Source of the DNA: Octopus sinensis
Lineage: Eukaryota
Reading direction: 5' to 3'
Assembly: GCF_006345805.1 (NCBI RefSeq)
Contig: NC_043005.1
Location: 16,058,001 to 16,122,000 of the forward strand
Length of the DNA stretch: 64,000 nt
This document shows positions 27,865 through 40,798 of this stretch, in pieces; within the stretch, counting starts at the first letter, position 1; each line of letters opens with the position of its first letter. The notes under the pieces are model-generated. The model did not search any database. It was not told the DNA's origin and saw only the letters and a list, made by a program, of their open reading frames with translations. A program made the translations under genes and the position numbers.

Positions 27865-28150
27865 TTATTGAATTGATAACGTTTTATATAGGATGTGGGT
27901 TGTTCCAAGAAAAGCTTCTTTTTGGATAGTGTGTCCTATTGAGGATCCAGTTATAGTGTCTACGTTTTTGTTCATATGTTTTTTATCATGCCCAATGCTA
28001 CAATTATTACTGGTATTGTTTTCACCATCCTGCCCCACATCCTGAATACTTCAATTTCGAGGTTTTTGAACTATGAAAATTTTTCCACTTCTTTTTGGAC
28101 AATATTTTAGTCAGAAGGGACTGTAATGTCCATCAGTAAGCATTTGTCAT
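27865..28150 (-). mobile_element. R4/Dong-like LINE C-terminus (restriction-like endonuclease)
   Basis: CLLMDITVPSD*NIVQKEVEKF..KNLEIEVFRMWG..TIPVII.ALG..IQKEAFLGTTHIL. Confidence 0.75.
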
Positions 28151-28174
28151 TTATTATTACTATCATCATCATCA

Positions 28175-28248
<74 letters not shown>

Positions 28249-31200
28249 TTTATATTCTTCCTCCTTTTCATCATCTTCATCATCATTTTTATGAACTTTT
28301 TGTCTGCAAAAGTTTCATCAAAGTTTCTAGAGCACAACTAAGTTGTGCAGTATTGTCGTTTGAATATATAGTTTTATGTTTCTAAGCAATATTTGTTTAC
28401 TCGTTGTTTCTAATATTACATTAGTGTTTCATCTATTTGTCGTGCAGTAAATTGTTTTTATTGTGTTCGGTAACACTGCTGTATATTATGTGCTGTGAGA
28501 GTTGTGCTGTACTTTTTAGCGTTGCTGCGGTGATATTTGTATTGCTAGCTTTTTTTTATGATCAGAGTCAAGAAGAAGAACGCGTAGCAAGCCTTGTTTT
28601 GAGTGGCAAAGATAATGAGTTGCGGTAACAATTATCTTCTTATATTGCTCTCTGACACTCAATAGTTCCCATCTTCTCTTGTAGGGATGTACAGACGTTG
28701 GCTGTGAAATGTATTGTATAGTGTGTGGTATTTCTTGTAGTATATTTCTCCTATTACAGTCTATGGAATCTAGGTCTGTCACGCTCCAGCCCAATACTAA
28801 CAGAGTTATATGTTATGACTGGCAATATTAATAGTCATGTTTGTATTGGCATTATTTGTAATTTGCCCTTGTAATGTCACCCATCCGTCACCGTTGTAGC
28901 AATTATAAAGCAGCATTATATTGTGCGTAAACAAGAGACGGTAGCGGAGACGGTAAAGTATAGAATTAAATGCCTGTGGCTTTTAATTACATTCCCTTAT
29001 GGTGCTGAGTTCGAAGCCCACCATTCTTGAGGTAAATATATACATTTTCGTCTAATGTTATGCTGTCATTACAGTGTCAATTTAATTTATGACAGTAATC
29101 GCGAACTAGTTGCTATACATTAAAATTGTAATGTAAACTGGTAAAAATGAGAATAAAACCATTCTTAAATGTTATTTACTCCATTAATAATAATCAGTAT
29201 ATAATTTATTTCCTTCATGTCTCCGTTCTAGCTTTGCCGTTTTCATGGTGTTTTGAAAGTACCGCACGAAAATAAACGTTCGTCATGTGTATATTGTACT
29301 TGTATGCAGCAGGTGCGTCGTCCTAGACTTGCACACTAATGTGAATCGCAGGAACATTTTCAGAAAGGCTGACAGAAAATTGTTATAATTGCTGAAATAT
29401 TTTCTTATTTCCACGTCTTTGAGATAAATAACTGTGTCAATGTTAAATTTATGCCATGGGTTGTTGCATATTCATTTTCTTTCGCTATGTAGTGTACTTC
29501 GCTGTGAAATAGGGAAGATTAAGAAGACTAAGTTTGGCTATGTTATACCCTTTCTTCTATTAAAACTGACACACTAACAGTATCAACAGCAACAACAATG
29601 ACGAATACAACAACAATAGCATCAACAGCAACAACAACAACAACAACAGTAGCAACAGCTGTAGTACAGTTTTCTTGGTTATAAAACAGTTCAGGCTAGG
29701 ATGCCAAACATGGCTATGTTCTAGTTATCTATTTCTTGCGTAAAAATTGGTTACAACAGCAGCTACAGTAGCAAGAGCATTTGAATAATTGGTCCCAACT
29801 TCTCATGGCATTGGAAATTTTAAGAGAGGAATCGAAAATGATCAAAGCTTTAGTAATACAACTCTTATTTCTTGCTATGTTCATTGTTGTAGGTGTAAAA
29901 AGAAGAAACATGCAATGTTGCACTCCTGTGAACAACACTTTGTGTGTACGATCCAATGAGGGATCATGTACTTAGCAGTTCAGTCTACTAAAAACAGTAG
30001 CCAAATCTCCCTCGCATAATAAAATGGGTAAAAATAGGTTCAATAAATTTAGAAGAGGTTCATGTTGCAGGATGTAGACGTCATCTTATAGACATGTTCA
30101 TCCGTTTAAGAACACTGTTTTTATAAACCGCACAATTTTAGGCATCAGCATCTCAGCATTAAAAAAAAAATCTATTCGAGGGTTAATGGAAAGTCTTTGA
30201 TCATAGATATCCTCAATCTGGGACTAAGTAACAACAGTAGCTGATGCATGACGGAAGAAGTATTGGCAGAGAATCACAGAGAGACGGATCTTCCAACACC
30301 AGAAGGCTTAGTTTTGATGTCAGAAGTGTATTATTACTATAACCTATATGAAAACGTTTGGCTGCATTCAGCTCGACAAGTGTATAAAATGGAACAGATT
30401 AGTGAATCTGAAACACATACTGAGTGGACTGTTGGACCACAGCAACAACAACAGCAACAACACAGTTTAACACCACAAAGGCTACCCCCACCACTACTAC
30501 TTCCTAGCCCTTGGTCGTCTTCCGTAGAGTCCACTCTGTTGCACGTATTCGGCCAGATCTCCAGTTTGAGGGTAACTTCCTCTCTCGCTTCTACCAAACT
30601 GAGAGGCCCGTAAAGGATCATGGGAAATATTCTTCCCTCCCGAATAAAACGTGAAGAACAACAAATACGCATGAATGAAGAGACAACTATGTGATGACTT
30701 CATTTGTTAGATATTGCAGCCAAATGCCCCTCAAAGTACACCAAGTATCTTAAACGAGGAATAATGTGGTACGAGATTGACTATGGTTGAAAAAATCTAG
30801 GATGGAATACTTTTGATCATATGCCTGCAAGATCAGAGCTAAACTGGAGTAAAACAAAACTGTCTATGAACACCAAATTAAACTAGGTCATTCAGAGTTA
30901 TGTATCTTGATCATAGATATTTCATAGGCCCGATAACAATAAAATTCTTCAATTGTATAACCCAAACGAGGCAATATCTTAAACATTCGGCCAGCACTAA
31001 TGCTTATCAGTAATGCCTTGCTTTGGGTCTTCGCCTCTTTGATGGAGTAGAAAGGGTGCCATCTTGCCATAGGTCGTTTTGGAGTAATTTTAGACTTGAC
31101 CAAGCCCATCAGTTTCTGGGTTTAACAACTGCCGATCTCCTCCAAAAAGAGAAATAAACAGAAATAAAGAGAGTGAGAAAAAGAAGAATCGACCCTAGTT

Positions 31201-31647
31201 CAAAATTGGTAATTTATCGACCCAGAATTAATAAACGACAAAGTTGAATTCGGCAGTATTTGAGCCCAGAATGCAGGAAACTTATACGATTACCGCAAAA
31301 TGTTCATAGTTTCTGCGGTAACTGAACCAGCTCAAATGCTTCTGCGATTTTGGCGGCCTTACTCATTAGTAATATATTAAACTCAATCGTCAATATAAAT
31401 CCAACGATAATCTGGATAGTTCGTATCACCGTGGAAATTGATTGAAGAGAGTCAAGTAAAACTAGATAAACAAAACATAAAGCAACACAATGAACAAGAG
31501 CTCGAAATATCATAATTATATGACAGGAAACACATAGGAAATTTAACGCTTCAAATTTCCAATTCTGTGTTCTTTTCCCCACGGAATTTTGTCAGTGATC
31601 ATGCTGCGGTCTCAAAGCGACGAAAATATTTTGGCAAATTAAATTTA

Positions 31648-32064
31648 AATGTTGAAGTGAATCTAACGGTTTTCGTGTGTTTTTGAATGACTTATAAACA
31701 CTTTCTACGCTGCAATAGTTTTTGTTTCAGTACACGATCTCAGATCAGGTCACTTGCTATCCAAGTACATCTCCATAATTTCATGAATTTTAAAAAATTT
31801 ATTCTGATCTATCTGCATTAAGTTTTCGTGATTTTACGAAGAGATTCGTTCAACTAGAATGTTGAAGTGAATCTAAAGGTTTTGTGTTTTTAAATGGCTT
31901 ATAAACACCTTCTACGCTGCAATTGTTTTTGTTTCAGCACACGATCTCAGATCAGGTCACTTGCTATCCAAGTACATCTCTATAATTTCATGAATTTTAA
32001 AAAATTTATTTTGATCTAGCTGCATTTGGTTTTCGAGATTTTACGAAGAGATTCGTTCAACTAG
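31648..32064. repeat. Tandem duplication, 210 + 207 bp
   Basis: 31648-31857 and 31858-32064, roughly 90% identical by eye; both end CGAAGAGATTCGTTCAACTAG. Confidence 0.9.
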
Positions 32065-32066
32065 AC

Positions 32067-32340
32067 CAGTGGTTCTCAGACGTTTTCAAGCTGCCACCCA
32101 CTTAGTACCCAGGCATCTCTAGCACCCCACCCCCACAAACATAGACCACTTTCTGCAGTAAATTCAAAGCAACTGTATTTGACAAATAAAACCTAACCGA
32201 ACTAATCCATTATTTTACTGGTTTTACATCAATTGCCCTCTTTTGCCCACCCTATTATCACCCACTTTTCTTCAGTGCTCCCACTGGATCTTTCCACCAC
32301 CTCTCCAGGGAGGCAGTACCGCCCACTATGGGAACCGCTG
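32067..32340. mobile_element. hAT-Charlie-type MITE
   Basis: Ends CAGTGGTTCTCA / TGGGAACCGCTG; left flank aactagac fits the Charlie NTCTAGAN preference. Confidence 0.7.
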
Positions 32341-33254
32341 GACTGAACCGTTTGAAGAAGGGGAATCAATTTTCAATTATGGTAAACTATGACCTCGGCC
32401 TCCACATCATTATCATCGTCATCGACATCGTCGTTGTTGCCGTCATCATTAACAACAGCATCAGCGAAAATAGCGACATCAACAGCAGCATCAATAAAGT
32501 AATCTACCAGCCAGTGATGGAGCCTTTATGCAAGCGCTCGATTTACTAGAAATAGCAGTCAGGTGTCCCTCAGGTCACAGGTTACCATCTTTTAAAAAAA
32601 AAGGAAAGAATGGATCATGTAATGTTAGGTATGACATATGTAATAGAAGAGCAAACGTAAGGACTTTTAACGAAACAGAAGGGAAACCGTTACCAAACTA
32701 GTAGACAAGCTTCTACGTTGTGGTTTGACCTTCTAGAAATACCAACCAGCAAACCAACCAACCAACCAGCGAAGGTGCCTCTGCGCAGTTGTCTGACATA
32801 CTAACAATAGCAGGTAAATTTCCCTCGTATTAGATCCAAGGAATGGCATGAGATAATGCAGTGTCATAATTATGTAAAATGGTCGGATGATCCCGACTGG
32901 AATGGTTTTGATCACAGGTCGGCTCGATTAAGGGTAAACTGATTCTAAACAACAACAACAACAACAATAACGATAATACCCGAAGAATTTCAACTACTTA
33001 GCTTTAAGCGGCTATATCCATCACAAATATCTACCCGTTGTATGTTCAAACCAGTCAGATCCGGCATCTCACACCTGCCCTACAATAGCATTTTATAAAT
33101 GAACAATCCCGTCATCCAAATCTCTAGGATATGAGATTAATTCAAAACAATGTGAATAAATAAGCATTACATTTGGTAGAGTTATCTGAATGCTATCCTA
33201 GAAACAATACACGCACACACACATATGTGTGTGTGTGTGTTCTTTTTTTTTTCT

Positions 33255-33459
33255 TTTATTCTTTTACTTGTTTCAGTCAATTGACTATGGCCATGCTGGA
33301 GCATTGCCTTTAGTCGAATCAAATCGACCCCAAGACTTATTCTTTGTAAGCCTAGTACTTATTCTATCGGTCTCTTTTGCCGAACCGCTAAGTTACGGGG
33401 ACGTAAACACACCAGCATCAGTTGTCAAGCGATGGTGGGGGGACAAACACAAAACACCA

Positions 33460-33537
<78 letters not shown>

Positions 33538-33705
33538 TACGACGGGCTTCTTTCAGTTTCCGTCTACCAAATCCACTCACAAGGTTTTGGTCGGCTTTTG
33601 GTCGGCCCGAGGCTATAGTAGAAGACACTTGCCCAAGGTGCAGTGGGACTGAACCCGGAACCATGTGGCTGGTAAACAAGTTACTTACCACACAGCCAAT
33701 CCTCC
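33255..33705 (-). mobile_element. SINE family B
   Basis: Reverse-complement match to the 22043 copy, with internal CA/AT tract. Confidence 0.88.
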
Positions 33706-33849
33706 TCCTGTGTATTTAAGTAAAGTTAATCACTACATCAATGTGGTTATTCCAAGTTACAACTTGTTTAACCCCAGGCAGATCTTCCACCAGCTGGTTT
33801 TCGGTGCGGCGTCAAAGTATATAAATGTTCTCTTGGTTAGACAGAAAGA

Positions 33850-35050
33850 CTGAATGGTCACGGTTGGCAAATACGTTTTTCAACCATTTTTTGCCAGACG
33901 AGACAAACCTGGGCTAAGCAACAATAACAACAACGGGATCATGTCAGAAAGTGCAGTCCACGCTCAAAGTGCGTGAATAATGAACAAGATAGTCACGGTT
34001 GGAATATCATATACTGCTGGATCAACAATGACAAACATTAGATAATTTAGCCCTAGGCTTACATCACTGCTGAAATGTCTTCTATTTTAGATCTGCTGGA
34101 CCAGGGCTGACCTGCATCTGAACATCACTATAACCATCACCATCATCCTTATCATCATCATCATCAACAACAACAATAATAACAACAAGGAATTATTGGA
34201 TAATGTAGTCCTAGATACATTTAGGTCACTGTTAAAATGTCTTCTATCATGGCTCAACTGCTGGATTTAAACAAACTGGATTTAAACAACATCAACAGCA
34301 GCAGGAAGAAAATATTAGATAATATAGCCCTAGGTACAGTTTGGTCACTGCTATCATAGATGACAAACATTAGATAATTTAGCCCTAGACTTACATCACT
34401 GCTAAAATGTCTTTTAGATCTGCTGGACCAGGGCTGACCTGTATCTGAACATCACTACAATCACCACCATCATCCTTATCATCAACAACAACAGCAGCGA
34501 AAGCAGAGGGGGGCGGTGGCGACCCCTGTTGTACTCTTTCGCTCCAACTTTCTCTCACTCTTTCTTCCTGTTTCTTGTCCCCGACTTCCTACGCAACCGC
34601 TGAGCCTTGATGCGCATTCATCCATCCGTCGATGCTCTTGGTGTCGGGGGTTGACCTGCTTTCTCTTCTGCGGGTCTTACGAATAGCAAAGGACCACGTT
34701 TCGGACTTCTCCCACTATAAAGGCGCGATCTTGTGAGTTCTGGGACGAAGACCGCTTCGCTCAACAAACAAACAAACACCAACAGCAACAATAATAACAG
34801 CAACAAGGAATTATTAGATAATGTAGTCCTAGATACATTTAGGTCACTGTTAAAATGTCTTCTATGGTAGCTCATCTGCTTCATCAGGACTGACCTGGAT
34901 TTAAACAACATCAACAACAGCAGGAAGGAAATATTAGATAATGTAGCCCTAGGTATAGTTTGCCCACTGCTAAAATGTCGTCTATCATAGATCATCTGTT
35001 TGAACGGGGACTGACCTGGGTTCGAACAACCAATAACAACATCAACAACA
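33850..35050 (+). repeat. Array of (AAC)n-tailed repeat monomers forming a higher-order duplication
   Basis: Repeated TAGATAATGTAGTCCTAG...CTGACCTGG...AACAAC modules; related fragments near 30000-30240, 30700-30890, 32540-32970, 46180-46270 and 61890-62060. Confidence 0.75.
34505..34780 (+). mobile_element. SINE family C, 5'-truncated, tail variant iii
   Basis: GGGGCGGTGGCGACCCCTGTTGTACTCTTT core shared with 40849-41161; distinct tail ending (AAAC)n. Confidence 0.7.
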
Positions 35051-35588
35051 ACAGCGTCGGTAGTAACAGCAACAAGAAGACCAAGGTTACGTCACATACA
35101 GAGGCACCTGTAATATGTGTCACAATTCCGACCAAATTACTTCAAAGAAAACAAAACGCAATCGTAAAGAAGAATTGTTCAGACCAAAATAATTTCCACT
35201 CCGTCACATATGGTTCTACTTAAAAGTGATTCTGTCCCCCTTCCCTTCTCTCTCACTCTCTTTCTCTCTTCCTCTCTCTCTCTCTCTCTCTCTCAAACTC
35301 TCCTTCCCCCACCTCACATCTCTCTGTCTGTCTGTCACTCTCTCGCGCTCTCTTTATCTTTCTCTCCCTCTCTCTTCTTTCCTCTTCCCATCACCACCGC
35401 CTCCTACTTTGATGCCAATCAATGAATGCCCACAGCCGACTCCATTGCCGGATTCTATCCAACAATTAGTGCTGACGACGCAATATGCTAACCCTACCAC
35501 ACTTACCTACTAACACACCTACCAACCTACTTATTTAACTACAGTACTGACACACATACATGCATTCACAATACACACACATATACAA

Positions 35589-35623
<35 letters not shown>

Positions 35624-35763
35624 CGTACACGCACGCACGTAAAAATAGGTCGACGTGTATTTTGCTTCGTATGTGTATTTGCTTATTTGTACGTAATACA
35701 ATATTTCAATCTGTTTGTGCGTTTGTATATGCGCAAGCGTATACGTGTGTGTGTGCGTGTGTG

Positions 35764-35801
<38 letters not shown>

Positions 35802-35883
35802 CTGATGTATATACAATCTGAAACTGGTATGTCGCGCGATACTCCCCGAATGGCCAATCTCAAATTGCTCTAAATACCATCAG

Positions 35884-35922
<39 letters not shown>

Positions 35923-35955
35923 TAATAATATAATAATATAATAATAATAATAATT

Positions 35956-36160
35956 TCTACTATAAGCACAAGGCCTGAAATTTGGGGAAGGGGAATGAAT
36001 CGAATACATCGACCCCAGTGTTTCATTGGTACTTAATTTATCGACCTCGGAAGGATGAAAAGCAAAGACGACCTCGGCAGTATTTGAACTCGGAACGTAA
36101 TGGCAGACGAAATACCATATTTTGCCCGGTGTGCAAACGATTCTGCCAGCTCGCTGCCTT
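35956..36160 (-). mobile_element. SINE family A with tail 2
   Basis: Head and core as family A; tail CCCCAAATTTCAGGCCTTGTGCTTATAGTAGAAA. Confidence 0.8.
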
Positions 36161-36179
36161 ATATATTATTATAATAATC

Positions 36180-37068
36180 TTTTCTACTATAGGCACATGG
36201 CCTGAAATTTGGGGGAGAGAGGATTAGTCGATTGCATCGACCCCAGTGTTTCACTGGTACTTAATTTATTGACGCTGAAATGATGAACGGTAAAATCGAC
36301 CACGGCGGAATGTGAACTCAGAGCATAGTTGTTTGTTCCTTCTCGATCCATGCCTGGCTCATAAGGGCCGGTTTCCCGGTTTCTTGGCGTATAGGTTTCC
36401 CACCAGGACGGGACGCTGGTCCATCGCAGGCGAGCTGCAAGATGCAGGAGGAAAGAGTGAGAGAAAGTTGTGGCAAAAGAGTCATCAGAAGTTCGCCATT
36501 ACCTTCTGCCGGAGCTGCATGGAGCTTAGGTGTTTCGCTCATAAACACACACATCGTCCGGTCTGAGATTCGAACCCGCGATCCCTCGACCGCGAGTCCG
36601 CTGCTCTAACCACTAGGCCATGTGCCTCCACGCAGAGCATAGCGGCAGACGAAATAACTATTTCTTTACTACCCACAAGGGGCTAAACACAGAGAGGAGA
36701 AACAAGGAAAAACGGATCAAGTCGACTATATCGACCTCAGTGCGTAACTGGTACTTATTTAATCGACCCCGAAAGGATGAAAGTCAAAGTCGACCTCGGC
36801 GGAATTTGAACTCAGAACGTAACGGCAAACGAAATACCTATTTCTTTACTACCCACAAGGGGCTAAACACAGCGGGGACAAACAAGGACAGACACACGGA
36901 TTAAGTCGATTACATCAACCCCAGTGCGTAACTGGTACTTATTTAATCGACCCCGAAAGGATGAAAGGCAAAGTCAACCTCGGCGGAATTTGAACTCACA
37001 ACGTAACGGCAGACGAAATACCGCTAAGCATTTCGTCCGGCGTTCTAACGTTTGTGCCAGCACGCCGC
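36180..37068 (-). mobile_element. Multimeric SINE A array interrupted by SINE C
   Basis: Head at 37068, two ~180-bp core + tail 1 units, terminal core + tail 2 (36180-36328). Confidence 0.8.
36329..36632 (-). mobile_element. SINE family C (tRNA-Arg-like head), tail i, with 10-bp TSD
   Basis: Head GGAGGCACATGGCCTAGTGGTTAG..GGTTCGAATC; TSD CAGAGCATAG at 36319-28 and 36633-42. Confidence 0.92.
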
Positions 37069-37600
37069 TTACAAGTTACATATATTATATCATACCTTGT
37101 TACTTTGCGGACTGGGATCCCTGTTGATAGGACCCTGATATGTAAAATAAAGAGTTGACATTTACATATGCAAATTAGTAGCACCAGTTTTTCTGTAGTT
37201 ATTGTGATTGTTGAGTATACAAAGAGATTAGCTGCTTGTTTCTCTGGGACTGGTCGAATTGATGTAGACGCTTCTGATCAGAATCCAATAAGGTTCGAAA
37301 ATCGATTAAAGTTGTTCATAATTTTTAATCTACCGAGAAACAGGTAAATTAGCGCTGTTCATAAAGGTATTATATAGGTTACATAACTGGGGTGGTTTTG
37401 CAATCATCGCCCCCTTTTGGCTGCCCCATTATCGCCTCACTTTTCTTCGACGTCCCGCTGAATCTTTCTACTTCCTCCACGGGGGCAGTGTCACCCGCTT
37501 TAAGAACCGCTAATGCATTCGACTAAATCCTTCATGACGGTGCCCCAGTTTGGCCGCAGTCGAATGGTTGAAATAAATAAGTAAAAGATAAAAGAAGGTA

Positions 37601-37631
<31 letters not shown>

Positions 37632-37767
37632 CACCGTGATCACCGTGACCGACCAGGCTATCAGATGTTGCTACACATCGCTGGTCACAATGCGCTTCGC
37701 ATTGTTTTAGCCTTCAAATGACGCCATCCCACTGGCTAAGCGAGCAGGCCATACATACATACATACA

Positions 37768-37801
<34 letters not shown>

Positions 37802-38039
37802 CATACATTTTCTGTATATCAATTTGTATTTCCTGCCCGTCTGGTTTTTGTGGGTAAAAATAGGGTAAATAGATTTAGAAGAGGTTCATGTTGCAGGATG
37901 TAGACGTCATCTTATAGACATGTTCATCCGTTTAAGAACACTGTTTTTATAAACCGCACAATTTTAGGCATCAACATCTCAGCATTTAAAAAAAATCTAT
38001 CCGAGGGTTAATTAGTTGAGAAATTACCACACACACACA

Positions 38040-38106
<67 letters not shown>

Positions 38107-38182
38107 TACACAAACATACACACCATATATTTTCACCCATTCAAACACATGCATACATGCAAGCGTGTGGAGACTGGCTCAC

Positions 38183-38376
38183 GCAAAAAGGCAAGTGTAT
38201 TCTTCGTCAATTACGATTATGCCTATTCCAGTTCGATCGAGTATTCCACAGAGTTCTGTGTCCTTAATGTTATCTTCAGTTAGAGACAGCATTACAAATA
38301 GTGTGACAAAACTGGGCCTAACAGTCCACATGTGCACGCCATCTAAAGGATTCCTACTCTGTATTTGTCTATCCAA
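38183..38376 (-). CDS. Candidate internal exon of an unidentified host gene
   Basis: Long T-tract then AAG acceptor, 64 open codons (LDRQIQSRNPLDGVHMWTVRPSF...IIVIDEEYTCLFA), donor GC|GTGAGC; non-repetitive composition. Confidence 0.4.
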
Positions 38377-38642
38377 CTTCATACAAAAGATTTGAAAAAA
38401 AAACAAAAAAATCACCAGGTTATGGAAAACTTCACAGTCGTTAAACTGTTTCCCTCTACATAATGTCGCAATGATCTGAAAACATAATAGGCAGATGAAA
38501 CAGGACCAGGAGAGTAAGCAGGACGAGGCAAGATTTTTCAAATGTAACGCTCTAATCTTCTCTTGGGTTATTCAGGTAATAAGTGGTCTTGCATTATAGT
38601 GTAAGAGCAACATTTCTTTGCAGCTGACCAATGACGGGCGCG

Positions 38643-40290
38643 TTAATTATTGTTCTCTTGTACTGTTTACTTCCTTTGCAGGTTGCTTTATACTATAATG
38701 GTCAAATTTCTATCGATTTTATAGAGTTATCCAGAAAGTTCGTGCCGATTTTTAAAGGAAAGAAAACAGTCAATAAATACTTGCCATTATATTTTTAATC
38801 AACCAAATATGAACCATTTCGTTGCACAATTTCCTACCTTCTTCCCAGAACTGAGGTGGTTTCATGGCAAAGAATTCATCAAGGTATCTTTTTACGTCAT
38901 CCAAGGAATTGAAATTTTTACCATTAAGACTTTTCTGCAGAGACCTGAATAAGTGGAGATCCGAAGGAGCAATATCTGGTGAATATGGAGGGTGGGGTAG
39001 CACATCCCAGCCGAGCTGCAGCAATTTTTGTCTGGTTCCCAAAGCCAAAAATGAACTTTCTTATCTTCCCATTTTAAAGGGTTACAGAATTCTTCTTCCA
39101 CGAAAAGATAGTTTAAACTGTGCTCTAAATGGAGATGTAGTCAAATCCTATTTTAAGGACTCAACCATGTTCTAAAATAAGTCGAAATGTAAGCTACTAT
39201 AAATAGACACGAACTTTCCGGACAACCCAATACTATAATGGTCAAAATTCTATAGATTTTACTTTTCTAAGTATACTGCATGCTGTATATGTCCAAAAAG
39301 GGCTCTTCAGCAATGGAAGTGGCACGAAATATTTGTCCTGTCAATAGAATTGTAGCTTTAAGTGTCGGAACATACCAACGAAAGTTTACAGCTGACCAAA
39401 AAATTGTGCAATGATTCCCGTTGACAATACTCCTCCACATTATTTTGCTTTGGTTTTAACACTTCATAATAGACGGCACCTTTATATGTCCAAAAAGGGC
39501 TCTTCAGCAATGGAAGTGGCACGAAATATTTGTCCTGTCAATAGAATTGTAGCTTTAAGTGTCGGAACATGCCAACGAAAGTTTACAGCTGACCAAAAAA
39601 ATGTGCAATGATTCCCGTTGACAATACTTCTCCGTATTATTTTGCTTTGGTTTTAACACTTCATAATAGACGGCACCTTTATTAGAGAATAAAAGTAGGA
39701 AAAATTATATCATAAAAATCACAGCAGAGATACGTCCATAATATGAACAATATTGTATTAATAAATAAATATATTAAGTATAACTATAACTATATAAAGT
39801 ATAACTTACGATCATTTCATGAATATACTGCCTTTGGAAATGAAATCCAATGTTGATAACCATTATTAGGAAGTATATTCACTCGTCAGAGAAAAGGATG
39901 AATTTCAGTGTAGTAAATCGTATGATAGAGAAGCTATTTAAAATCGTATGATAAAGGTGTTGTTTAAAAAGTTATTGGTATAGGTGTGTATTGGTGTAAA
40001 TAGACGACACCTTTTATATCCCCCCCAAAGACAGAGCGTAGTGAGAGAAATATGCGAGAGAAAAATTTCTCGAGCGAAACTAGCCAAACTGTTCCGACAC
40101 TTGAAGCTACATCATTATTGAAAGAACAAATATTTCGCGCCACATCCATTGCTGGAGAGCCCTTTTTGGACTTACTCAGCATGCAGTATACTGATTTTAA
40201 AAGAATAAAATCGATATAAATTTAACCATTATAGTATAAGGCAATCTGCAAAGGAAGTAAACTATTTGAGAACAAAAATTAACGCTTATT
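38643..40290. mobile_element. Fold-back of two mariner 5' ends with a nested mariner and a 197-bp tandem duplication
   Basis: 38643-38721 plus 39262-39380 are inverted relative to ~40085-40290; both encode HTH-like SKKGS.AM.VARNIC..SVGT; 39286-39482 is repeated at 39483-39679. Confidence 0.65.
38722..39230 (-). mobile_element. Mariner internal-deletion derivative (same family as 17896-18459)
   Basis: Same TIR; LLQLGWDVLPHPPYSPDIAPSDLHLFRSL. Confidence 0.92.
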
Positions 40291-40767
40291 TTACCGCATG
40301 TATTGAAAAACTACATTCAAAGGATAATGCCAAAAATTAAACATTCCTTTCCTTACAACCTAATATGTAGAATCATTAAAGGAGTTATTTTTAAAAGAAA
40401 ATTATATTTCAAATTTTATTGATTGTCGTTTAAAATATTTTCAAACATGCACACGCACAAAAGAAAAAAAAAACGAAATGTAACTCTAATACCGGAAATT
40501 ATATAGTCTCATTCTGGAAGAAATGTTAAGTAGATTAAAAATGGCGCTAGCTCAGAAAACGGAAATGAAATGATATCCCAAATTTCTTTTCGGTTAAATA
40601 ATTTGCTTAGATGAGAATATTTTCAGCTTTCTGCAGTTTAATGTCAACTTGTTTGAAGAAAATCTGAAAACTAAAAAATAATTTCTTACAAAATGGCGGC
40701 GACCAGAAAAACGAAAATACAAAACTTTCCACATTTTCTTCAGAAACAATTTTAAAACATTTGTACA

Positions 40768-40798
<31 letters not shown>

